Origin: Candidatus Hydrogenedentota bacterium
Lineage (GTDB): Bacteria; Hydrogenedentota; Hydrogenedentia; Hydrogenedentales; SLHB01
Length of the DNA stretch: 35,855 nt
NCBI GenBank assembly: GCA_034408725.1
Contig: JAWXCN010000121.1
Location: 1 to 35,855 of the forward strand
Direction: 5' to 3'
Every line of letters starts with the position of its first letter. Position 1 is the stretch's first letter. Both the position numbers and the translations under genes were made by a program. The notes under the pieces were generated by a model. It saw nothing but the letters and a program-made list of their open reading frames with translations, did not search any database and had not been told where the DNA came from. Below are positions 9,844-17,516 of this stretch, one piece after another.

Positions 9844-11568
9844 GTGAGCGAAGTCGCGCCGGATGAAGTGCCTGCTGAACCAAAACGCAAATATCCAAAG
9901 CTTCGCGCGTTCACGGTAAATGGCGCGCTGGTGCTCGGCGCGCTCGTGGCGGTGTTCGGAACAGCCGAGGCGTACTTGCGGTTCACCGGCTTCCACGCCG
10001 CCGATTTTTCCCCCAACGCCGTGCTGTTTGCCCAATGGACCGAGCCTGATCAGTTGCTCGGCTTTGTGCGCATACCCGGCACCAAGTGGAGGCGCAAGGC
10101 ATATCCCGACAGGTTCGCGCCCGTCGTAAGTTACGAAACGGACGCGAACGGATTCAGGAATCCGCCGGGCATCAACGCGGCGGACATCGCGTTTATAGGC
10201 GATTCGTTTACCGAAGGCGCAACAGCACCATTCGAGAATACGTTTCCGCGTCTGGTCGAGGCCAAGCTCGGAACGCGCGTTATTAATCTTGGCCGGTACT
10301 CCTACGGCCCTCCACAGGAGCTCGCGGTGTTGTGGAAGTACGGCCTCTCGTATCAGCCAAAGACCGTTGTTTGGGTCTTGTTTGAAGGCAACGACCTCGC
10401 GGATTCGCAACTGGCATACAACGGCCTTTCCCGCCAATTGTATCTCCCCCTCACGACAAACTGGTCGAAGATGGGTTCGATGTGGTTCAACGACGTACAA
10501 CTGCATGAGCTGGCCCAGCCACCCAACGGCGACGATTGGTACTATCGCGCCGCGCCGTTGATGAATCTCACCGGGCGCTTCGCGGAAAGCCACGTCGTTG
10601 GCGAAAACCTGATTCAAAACGGAAGATTCAAATATAGACCTCACGGCAACCCCTGGGAGATTCCACCCTCGTTGCGCGACGCGGTCGAGCAGGTGCCAGC
10701 ACCTCGTGCGCCGGTCGTCAAACGCGCGTTGCGCGCGCAGGTTCCCGCGGGCACGGACGTCGAAATTACGCAAACGGTGCAAGACCTGAAGCCAGCGACC
10801 CCGTACTTGCTCACGGGGTACTTCCGCACCGAAAACCTGCTGGGACCTGCGCGGTTGGAAGTGCAGCAATGGCACAATGGCGAATGCACGCTATTGCGTT
10901 TCGCGCCCGGCGTCTCAAGAACGCACGATTGGACGAAAGTCAGCGTTGTGTTCACGACGTCCGCCACACCGGGCGACGTGCGCATCCTGTTGCGCAGACC
11001 AGCGAACCCGCCCAAGGCGAAGCAGGGAACCCCGCGGCCAAAACTGCTTCAACTTGTGGACGTGGCGTTGCATCAGCGTGCGCGGCTACGTGACTCGTGG
11101 GGATTGGTTGGTACGTTTGATTCCGCGGAGTACGGCGTTACAGAAGTCGGATTCCGCTACAAATGCCCGGAGAAAATCGACGAAACGTTTCCCCAGGGAT
11201 GGATGGTCACCTCGGAGATGTTGGCAAGAGGCCACGACCTATGTCGCGAAAACGGGATTCGGCTGTTGATTGTTTACCTGCCAACCGCGTTGCGCGTGCA
11301 TGGTCCATATTGCGATTTCGCTGCGGACGCGCCGCTGAACGAGTATTTGCCCGGTGGCGATTGGAACATTCCAGACGAATTTGCCCTGCGCGCCGCGGCG
11401 TTTTGCGCCGAACGCCAGATACCGTTTATCGACGCGACGGCTGCCTTGCGCGACGCCGCCGGGCGCGGCGAAATGGTCTACGCCCCGCGATATGACACCC
11501 ATCTGTTTTATCGCGGACACGAAATCGTGGCGGAGTTGCTCGCCACCGCAATAGAAACGCACAAATAA
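9844..11568 (+). CDS. Membrane-anchored SGNH/GDSL (AlgX/AlgJ-like) protein with inserted carbohydrate-binding-like domain
   Basis: N-terminal TM helix; GDSFTEG (block I Ser), INLG..YGP, FEGNDL, C-terminal DTH (DxH); central NLIQNG.F ... QTVQDLKPATPYLLTGYFRT resembles CBM4/9-type beta-sandwiches. Confidence 0.7.
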   Translation: MSEVAPDEVPAEPKRKYPKLRAFTVNGALVLGALVAVFGTAEAYLRFTGFHAADFSPNAVLFAQWTEPDQLLGFVRIPGTKWRRKAYPDRFAPVVSYETDANGFRNPPGINAADIAFIGDSFTEGATAPFENTFPRLVEAKLGTRVINLGRYSYGPPQELAVLWKYGLSYQPKTVVWVLFEGNDLADSQLAYNGLSRQLYLPLTTNWSKMGSMWFNDVQLHELAQPPNGDDWYYRAAPLMNLTGRFAESHVVGENLIQNGRFKYRPHGNPWEIPPSLRDAVEQVPAPRAPVVKRALRAQVPAGTDVEITQTVQDLKPATPYLLTGYFRTENLLGPARLEVQQWHNGECTLLRFAPGVSRTHDWTKVSVVFTTSATPGDVRILLRRPANPPKAKQGTPRPKLLQLVDVALHQRARLRDSWGLVGTFDSAEYGVTEVGFRYKCPEKIDETFPQGWMVTSEMLARGHDLCRENGIRLLIVYLPTALRVHGPYCDFAADAPLNEYLPGGDWNIPDEFALRAAAFCAERQIPFIDATAALRDAAGRGEMVYAPRYDTHLFYRGHEIVAELLATAIETHK

Positions 11569-11602
11569 AAAATGTGCGCCCGGAAGACCGGACGCACACT
11601 TT
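11566..11602. terminator. Probable bidirectional intrinsic terminator
   Basis: TGTGCGCCCGG-AAGA-CCGGACGCACA stem with an A-run on the left and CTTT on the right, between convergent genes. Confidence 0.65.
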
Positions 11603-11636
11603 CAATCGACTACCAGGTAAAGGCAAACCGCCTTCG

Positions 11637-11915
11637 TCAAAGTTCCACGCCGAGGAAATCAAAAATGAGTTCCTGCAGTGATGTCAGGCCATCGAAAATA
11701 GTTGGGGGAACTTCTTCTACCTCTTCCGGAGTCGGGCTTACCTGATCCGGCGCGCTCAGCCAGCTTCCAGTCCGGAACGTCACTTTCGATCCCGGATGTA
11801 CCGTCACGATAAATGGATTCGTTGTCGGACGAAGATAGGGGAGGTCCTCCGTCGCAAGAGTGATCCGCAGTTTGTGCCCCGCCTCGAACGTATAAAACGG
11901 CCGAAGATACCAAAA
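11637..11915 (-). pseudogene. C-terminal remnant of a CocE/NonD (X-Pro dipeptidyl-peptidase C-terminal-like) hydrolase
   Basis: WYLRPFYTFEAGHKLRITLATEDLPYLRP resembles the C-terminal beta domain of CocE/NonD/PepX hydrolases; no plausible N-terminal part in frame. Confidence 0.5.
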
Positions 11916-12067
11916 TCCTGCGTCTTCTCCCGCCCCGGCACAGTGCGCAGATTGTTTCGCCCGTCCCATTTCGGGTCGGCGGAGAAGTCTTCGGAAACCT
12001 GCGCCGTCTCCGCGACTGCGGCCGCAACAACCAACATGCAGACCAACAAACGTGCCACCGGTACCAT
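11910..12067 (-). pseudogene. N-terminal remnant of a secreted protein
   Basis: Signal peptide MVPVARLLVCMLVVAAAVA, then ETAQVSEDFSADPKWDGRNN...KTQDFG; GGGGAG RBS; protein-like sequence degrades after ~11910. Confidence 0.45.
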
Positions 12068-12353
12068 GTTTAGCTCCCCACGAGATGCGCAGCGCAAAAT
12101 TGCACAGCCCCACGCACCAGTCTACACAACCGTTCCACGTCTAATATCACCTAATTATTTGTCCACGGTGATGCAGTCAGCAATGAGACAGGGCGGTCGC
12201 GCAAGTCCACCGACGTTCGACTGTACCTGGGATATTTCCTCAAGGTCGCGCAACGAATGTTTTTCTAAATTTCCCGTAGAGTTTGACTAGTTCAAGAGTG
12301 GCTGCCAACCAACACCTCTCTGGAAATCACACACCAAATCGACAACAAATGCA

Positions 12354-13184
12354 TCAAGGTCGATAGATATGGGACCTATGATATTTTAACGCGGACTTGT
12401 CAGGCTGAAACCGTTCGGGAAGGCGCAAGGGACGGCCAGATTGTTCCGCAAGCTGGCTGCGATGCAGATCGCATTCATCAGTTGTAATTATCTTCGAGGA
12501 GACAATCAAACGCAGGCTTTCGTCGAATGAGATCAGGCCGCGGTCAAAAGCTCGGTCGTGTAGTGCGTTGAGACAAATCCCATTGCTTGGGTCGGCGCGG
12601 CGCTTCTCGTCAATACTCCAAGGGATAATATGGCAGGCATTGAGCAACTCAGAAATTGCCAAGCCGGTGAGGGCGCACCGATTATCATAAGAAGCCAGAA
12701 CAGCGGAGCGAAAGAAGGATTGAACCCGGCGCGTCTTGGTTAATACCACGTTCTCCGTGGCTCCACTAGGTATTTTCAGTTCGCCCAAGTCTTGCTCTAT
12801 TGCTGTGCGTTTTTTGCTACTCTCACTTATTGGTGAGTCCAGCTCTGGCAGGTAGTCCTCGACATCCTTACCGGTCATCGACGAGTAAACCGCTTCAGCG
12901 TTCTGCGCAACGCTAGCGGAGTCAGCTAAGAAGGCTTCCCAAAGGTCCCGATCCGCTCGGCTGACGTTGCCCAACGCCCTGATCTTGCGCGCCTGTTGGT
13001 GTGGATCCAGACTGGCGAAATTGCACGCTTTCATGGCCACAGCGCCCGGCGTTCTTCCAATAAGTTTCGCCAACTCGATTATTTCAGGATTTCGCTGATG
13101 CAAGCGCCCGAACGGTGTCCGGCAATACAGACGAAACACAACTAGCAATTCACTTTCATTCCATATCTTTCGCTCAGCGGACAT
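12354..13184 (-). CDS. HNH endonuclease (putative restriction/defence nuclease)
   Basis: RRVQSFFRSAVLASYDNRCALTG, ACHIIPWS, NGICLNALHDRAFDRGLISFD; N-terminal HTH-like region (FGRLHQRNPEIIELAKLIGRTPGAVAMK). Confidence 0.9.
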   Translation of the reverse strand: MSAERKIWNESELLVVFRLYCRTPFGRLHQRNPEIIELAKLIGRTPGAVAMKACNFASLDPHQQARKIRALGNVSRADRDLWEAFLADSASVAQNAEAVYSSMTGKDVEDYLPELDSPISESSKKRTAIEQDLGELKIPSGATENVVLTKTRRVQSFFRSAVLASYDNRCALTGLAISELLNACHIIPWSIDEKRRADPSNGICLNALHDRAFDRGLISFDESLRLIVSSKIITTDECDLHRSQLAEQSGRPLRLPERFQPDKSALKYHRSHIYRP

Positions 13185-13535
13185 GGATCATCCTTTCAGC
13201 ACGAATGCCAATCAGACAAAGCGCGGCGTCGCAAGGTGATCTTGAATCATTCAGCATCCACTCGAAGATTCTCTGGGTTTCCAGCGTGGCCGACAGCAAG
13301 CCGTTGACGTTCTCCAACCATGTACTCCTGTCTCTTCGCTTTGCCATGCAAGATGCCTTGATTCCATTTCCCTGGTCGCCGGGTTCGTTGAAGACAGTGG
13401 CGACTTCCTCAAATCGCGGCGAGTCATGGGCTCAAAAAAATTGATTCTCACGTCTGCGAGACTTTCCGCTAATGCTGGCAAAGTATATCTTTCTTCGCCA
13501 AGCCAATACATTCGCCATGTGCATTCGCGCGGGAC

Positions 13536-13637
13536 TTATCCCGCGAACGGGTTCTTGATCGTCAACCCTTCAATACGTTGTCCATGCTGCAAATCTTCAC
13601 TGTAGAGGACAGAGCATCCGGCTTCCAACGCGGCGAT
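13536..13637 (-). pseudogene. 3' remnant of a PIN-domain toxin paralog
   Basis: Encodes IAALEAGCSVLYSEDLQHGQRIEGLTIKNPFAG*, nearly identical to the C-terminus of 13841-14263, with mostly synonymous DNA differences. Confidence 0.85.
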
Positions 13638-13708
13638 GGTGTCCGTACCTCTCGCGTGGGTGAAGAGTGTTATTCCAGAACATACTTGGAATTGGGTATT
13701 GCACGGCG

Positions 13709-13840
13709 GTGGCGCGATCGGGAGACCGGCCACAACGGGGTGAGACGGGCGGCAACGGCGGGTTGGGGTGGCGCGGTCGTGAGACCGGCCACAACGGCGT
13801 GACCGGCGGCAACGAGGGGTCGTGAGACCGGCCACAACGG
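13709..13840. repeat. Tandem REP-like palindromes, family 1 (GTGGCGCGGTCGKGAGACCGGCCACAACGG)
   Basis: Copies at 13709-13738, 13768-13797 and partial 13818-13840; same element at 17183-17234 and inverted at 30503-30554. Confidence 0.85.
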
Positions 13841-14263
13841 CTATCCCGCGAACGGATTCTTGATCGTCAACCCCTCGATGCGTTGTCCATGCTGCAAATC
13901 TTCGCTGTAGAGGATTGAGCAGCCGGCTTCCAATGCGGCGGCGATGATGAGCGCGTCGTAGAAGCCGTACTGATAGCGCGTTCGCAAATCCAGAGCGCGA
14001 TGGTATAACGCTTGGGTTGGCATCACACGCCAAAGTGGAATAAGCACGCTGTCCAAAAATCTCCGGGCATCGGCGGGCGGCATTGGCGCGCGGAGCTTGC
14101 GCGTGACGACGTTCAGCGTTTCCTGCACTACCTGGAAACTGATGCAAGCGGAGCCGGATTCCAACGACGGGAGAATCAGTTCTTCCGCCGCGCGTTGTTT
14201 TTCTGGTGCGGTTTCATCGAACAAATAAATGAAAACATTCGAATCAATGAACTCAACGCTCAT
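13841..14263 (-). CDS. PIN-domain (VapC-like) toxin
   Basis: FIDSNVFIY, ISFQVVQE, FYDALIIAAALEAGCSILYSEDLQHG; acidic PIN catalytic residues intact; overlaps the upstream antitoxin. Confidence 0.92.
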   Translation of the reverse strand: MSVEFIDSNVFIYLFDETAPEKQRAAEELILPSLESGSACISFQVVQETLNVVTRKLRAPMPPADARRFLDSVLIPLWRVMPTQALYHRALDLRTRYQYGFYDALIIAAALEAGCSILYSEDLQHGQRIEGLTIKNPFAG

Positions 14264-14477
14264 TCATTTCGTCCCGCGAAAATTTCCTGCCACCCGTGCG
14301 TACGCGCGACTGCAAGTCCTTGATCACGTTCATAGCATCGGACGCCCGCGATTTCTGCCGCGCGTAGCCCTCGAGCCAACGTCGGAACTCGTCGTTCAGC
14401 GTGCTCCGCTCCTCCCGCGCCCGCGCGCGCGCAGCTTCTATGAGCGTTTCATCGGCACTCAGCGTGATGTTTTTCAT
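14253..14477 (-). CDS. Ribbon-helix-helix-type antitoxin (copy 2)
   Basis: MKNITLSADETLIEAARARAREERSTLNDEFRRWL...RKFSRDEMNER; GGAG RBS; coupled to the PIN gene. Confidence 0.85.
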   Translation of the reverse strand: MKNITLSADETLIEAARARAREERSTLNDEFRRWLEGYARQKSRASDAMNVIKDLQSRVRTGGRKFSRDEMNER

Positions 14478-14493
14478 GTGACTGCAAGCTCCG

Positions 14494-14526
14494 TTAATTC
14501 GTATCAACAAAATACTCAACGCTCAT
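14494..14526 (-). pseudogene. 5' stub of a PIN toxin (MSVEYFVDTN*)
   Basis: ATG overlaps the end of antitoxin copy 1 exactly as the intact PIN overlaps copy 2; compare intact MSVEFIDSN. Confidence 0.75.
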
Positions 14527-14737
14527 TCAATTCGTCTCTCGTGAGTTTTCGGCCAACCCGCACTTTGCCACGAAGCTCCCTGACCGTTGCGTCAAACCGT
14601 TGGACGCGGATATGCCGCTGCGAATAATTCTCTAGCCAACGCCGACATTCGGCATCGAGCGTAGTCTTCTCCGCCCGCGCACGGGCACGCGTGCCTTCGA
14701 CAAGGCTTTCGTCCGCACTTAGGGTGATGCCTCTCAT
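14516..14737 (-). CDS. Ribbon-helix-helix-type antitoxin (copy 1)
   Basis: MRGITLSADESLVEGTRARARAEKTTLDAECRRWL...RKLTRDELNER; clear paralog of 14253-14477. Confidence 0.8.
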   Translation of the reverse strand: MRGITLSADESLVEGTRARARAEKTTLDAECRRWLENYSQRHIRVQRFDATVRELRGKVRVGRKLTRDELNER

Positions 14738-14785
14738 TTAAAAGAATTATCCGTATGTTCAAATCGCTCCAGGAACGAGATATTT

Positions 14786-14815
14786 ACACGAATTCAGTGT
14801 ACACGAAAATAGTGT
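14786..14815 (-). promoter_or_regulatory. Putative TA operator: two tandem ACAC-N7-GTGT boxes
   Basis: ACACGAATTCAGTGT and ACACGAAAATAGTGT, ~50 bp upstream of the antitoxin start. Confidence 0.55.
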
Positions 14816-14826
14816 GGAAATAAAGC

Positions 14827-14905
14827 GCCCCGGCTTCCATGCGGGCGTGATTATGGGCAGCATTTTACCGCTACGAGTCTCGCCCGGCATGGAAGCCAGG
14901 GCTAC
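14827..14905. repeat. REPIN-like inverted pair, family 5 (GTAGCCCTGGCTTCCATGCCGGGCG)
   Basis: 14827-14847 is an imperfect inverted copy of 14881-14905; the latter carries the GTAG tetramer typical of REPs. Confidence 0.7.
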
Positions 14906-15002
14906 AAATTACGGACGCGCGCACCAAATTTTCTACCAGCACACGCCGTCTGCCTATTTGGCAAGCGCGTTGAAAGTCTGGACGTGGGGGAGGACACCGC
15001 GC

Positions 15003-15323
15003 CTACATGCCCGCGAACATCGTGGCGCCCAGGATCAAGGCGCCCACCGCGAACCCGGCAATCAGCGTAGTGGATACCCTCCGGCGGACTGCGACCACCG
15101 CGACGCCCGCCGTCAACAAATACATGACGCCGGTTGCAACGTGGAGCGGGCCCTGGTCTTGAACGTAAACAGGTCCCCCAAGCTCGTTCCAGCCGGCGAT
15201 CGGACCTCGAAAAAATGACGAAATCAGTCCGAAAATGAACCAGAGCGCCAATGCTGCAAGCAATCCCAATACAACGCGAAGGATTGCGCGGAGGCGGGGA
15301 CTCGCGATGTGAGTAGCGGCCAT
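15003..15323 (-). CDS. Small hypothetical membrane protein
   Basis: 106 aa from MAATHIAS with ~3 hydrophobic helices. Confidence 0.6.
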   Translation of the reverse strand: MAATHIASPRLRAILRVVLGLLAALALWFIFGLISSFFRGPIAGWNELGGPVYVQDQGPLHVATGVMYLLTAGVAVVAVRRRVSTTLIAGFAVGALILGATMFAGM

Positions 15324-15379
15324 TGGATGACTGTAGCAGATTCCCGCTGTACACTTGCGATGGAAAGGGGAAAACGCAA

Positions 15380-15889
15380 ATGGCCAAAGCCGCACGGTAC
15401 TGCGCAATTGTCACCGGCGTGCTGCAACTTCTGCTGGCCCTGTTTGCCCTGTGGATCCTCGTCGACCTGAACGCCAACGGCGCGCAGCTCACGTCGTTGA
15501 CCTTGGCGCTCTCCGCGGGTTTCGCGCTGATGCAAATGTGCGTGCTCGTGCTGGCGTGGACGCTGTCCCCCGATTCCCCGCGCTTATCCTGGTTACTTGT
15601 GATCCTCTATTCGCCTGGGCTGATCCTGCTCGCGGTGTTGATTGCGATTATCGACGTGTTCAATGTTTCGATCGATCCGGCGTCGATGATGCTCAGGCCG
15701 GGAGCCGTGCTACCATCAAACGAAATCATGGGAAGTGACTGGCCTCTGTGGCTCGCGCTGTTGTCCATCGCTGCCGTGATACTTCTCGGCATTGTGCCGC
15801 TCTTGCTCCTGTGCGCGTCTATGTTCTGGGGATGGCGCGGATCTCGCCTGCGGATATCTACCCGCGCCGCTGAAACGGAGGGCGTCTAA
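15380..15889 (+). CDS. Hypothetical membrane protein
   Basis: 169 aa from MAKAARY with ~4 TM segments; AAGGGG RBS. Confidence 0.7.
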   Translation: MAKAARYCAIVTGVLQLLLALFALWILVDLNANGAQLTSLTLALSAGFALMQMCVLVLAWTLSPDSPRLSWLLVILYSPGLILLAVLIAIIDVFNVSIDPASMMLRPGAVLPSNEIMGSDWPLWLALLSIAAVILLGIVPLLLLCASMFWGWRGSRLRISTRAAETEGV

Positions 15890-15934
15890 AACCTGACCCG
15901 CGTGCGTCCGCTTTCAGTTCCAATGTGCAAACGG

Positions 15935-16963
15935 TTATTTCCAGCTCACGTTAGCTTCCAGGAACACAACAGGCCCAGAATCTTCCTTGCCGCGTATTCC
16001 GAAGCCGGCGAGGTAATCGACTCTTCTTTCAATCCGCGGGTCTTTTAGCGCGGAGCCAGTATAGATTCCCGCGCGCCATTTGATTTCTTCATAGTCGTCC
16101 GCTTCAATCTTCGCGTCGAAGACAAACGGCATACCGGACATGATAATTCGCTCTTCGGTTTTCCCATCGGCATTGGTGATGCTGGCAACTCTGAAATCGG
16201 TTAACGCTATTCTGAGGCCGAAGGACGCGCCGTAGACGTCAGCTTCCGCTCGGATTTCATACCCCTTTTTCCTGTTCCTGATTCTGAATTCGATTTCACC
16301 AATGTTCAGGTCGTAGTCCTGTAGCCTGCCGCCTTCAAATTCGAGGTTTCGGATATCGCCAATCTCATACTTGATTTCGAGCGTGGTTTCGCGTCCCAGT
16401 TCAACTTCTTCCGAGCCTTTTCTTGGCGACTCATCATCGCCAGAGCCGCCGAACCATTTGTCCAACAGAAAATCGGCGAAGTCCTCGCCAACTTCGCCCG
16501 CGGCATCGGCAGCGATGTCTTCCACGTAATCCTTGAATTCGTCGTAGTCCGAATGAAGTTCCGGATCATAGTTCGGGTTGAACGCGTGCCGGGGGTCATT
16601 GACATCCTGGATATAGAGCACCGCCCGCATATAATCGGCGTCGGGGAACTCCGCATCTTTGAGGATTTCCTCTTCCATGCGCTCCAGAACATCGGCGAAG
16701 AGTCTTTCCAATGCGTTCGGACTTGCATAGCTCGTTTCAGTAACTTCGCTTATTGGGCGTATATTCTGATAAAGATGCTCATGTTTCTTGGCGTAGCTCG
16801 ACAAGCTGGCAAAGTACGCCTGCGATTTCACTGGATCCTGCATAAGGGCGGCGTAAGTTATCCCTACAGGCGCAGGGGAAGCACCAGATTCAGGCCTGGC
16901 ATCGGTTGCCAGCGGTACGGCAAACATTGAAGCCGACAGCAGAACGTTCATTACATCCAACAT
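15935..16963 (-). CDS. Hypothetical secreted protein, acidic, with beta-rich C-terminal half
   Basis: 342-aa ORF; signal-like N-terminus; alternating hydrophobic strands ending VVFLEANVSWK. Confidence 0.7.
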   Translation of the reverse strand: MLDVMNVLLSASMFAVPLATDARPESGASPAPVGITYAALMQDPVKSQAYFASLSSYAKKHEHLYQNIRPISEVTETSYASPNALERLFADVLERMEEEILKDAEFPDADYMRAVLYIQDVNDPRHAFNPNYDPELHSDYDEFKDYVEDIAADAAGEVGEDFADFLLDKWFGGSGDDESPRKGSEEVELGRETTLEIKYEIGDIRNLEFEGGRLQDYDLNIGEIEFRIRNRKKGYEIRAEADVYGASFGLRIALTDFRVASITNADGKTEERIIMSGMPFVFDAKIEADDYEEIKWRAGIYTGSALKDPRIERRVDYLAGFGIRGKEDSGPVVFLEANVSWK

Positions 16964-17182
16964 TCAGCCACTACTTCCTGGGACAACGTCCAGTGCGAAT
17001 ACTTACCGAGCACTAGAATGAGCAACTATCGTACTCTGCACAAATTATAACAGACGTTTTCTCAGCCGTGGGGGGCTGCGTAAAAAAAATGGCATGCGAA
17101 CGGGCCGGGTGAGCACTCTTCAACCCTTCGAACCTTTCGCGACTTTCGGCACGATTGCAACGCAATATGAAAAACTATGTGT

Positions 17183-17234
17183 AGGAGACCTACGGTCGCG
17201 CGGTGTGGCGCGGTCGGGAGACCGGCCACAACGG
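17183..17234. repeat. REP-like element, family 1
   Basis: GGAGACCTACGGTCGCGCGGTGTGGCGCGGTCGGGAGACCGGCCACAACGG, preceded by GTAG. Confidence 0.85.
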
Positions 17235-17279
17235 ACTTCTGGAGACCGACCGCAGCGGGCTATCGTATATGCGTGGTTC

Positions 17280-17339
<60 letters not shown>

Positions 17340-17516
17340 TAGTCGATGGTCGGCCCATTTCGTAGCGCCTCGTTAGCTAAACGCGGCGCGCATCGGAGTC
17401 AAGTGCAACATTGCGGCGTGCAAGTGAACGTGTTCATTGGCTCCGGGACTCCCCGCCTTCGGCGATGGCGGCGCTACTTGTGTGACGCTACTTATGCGGC
17501 GTTACCGAATGCGGCG

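Noticed and set aside
13251-13511. 86-aa ORF upstream of the HNH gene
   Set aside because: No recognisable motif or RBS; it may be a frameshifted fragment, but I cannot support a call.
13709-13840. Possible mini-CRISPR array (~30-bp repeats)
   Set aside because: Only 2-3 degenerate copies; the intervening sequences resemble each other; no cas genes or leader; the same motif is dispersed singly elsewhere like a REP.
13536-13943. PIN 3' duplication as a DGR template/variable repeat pair
   Set aside because: Differences are mostly synonymous third-position changes, not adenine-specific, and no reverse transcriptase is present in the window.
13536-14147. 203-aa ORF ending in a PIN C-terminus
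   Set aside because: It is an out-of-frame read through the intact PIN and the REP repeats into the remnant; only the last ~33 codons are protein-like.
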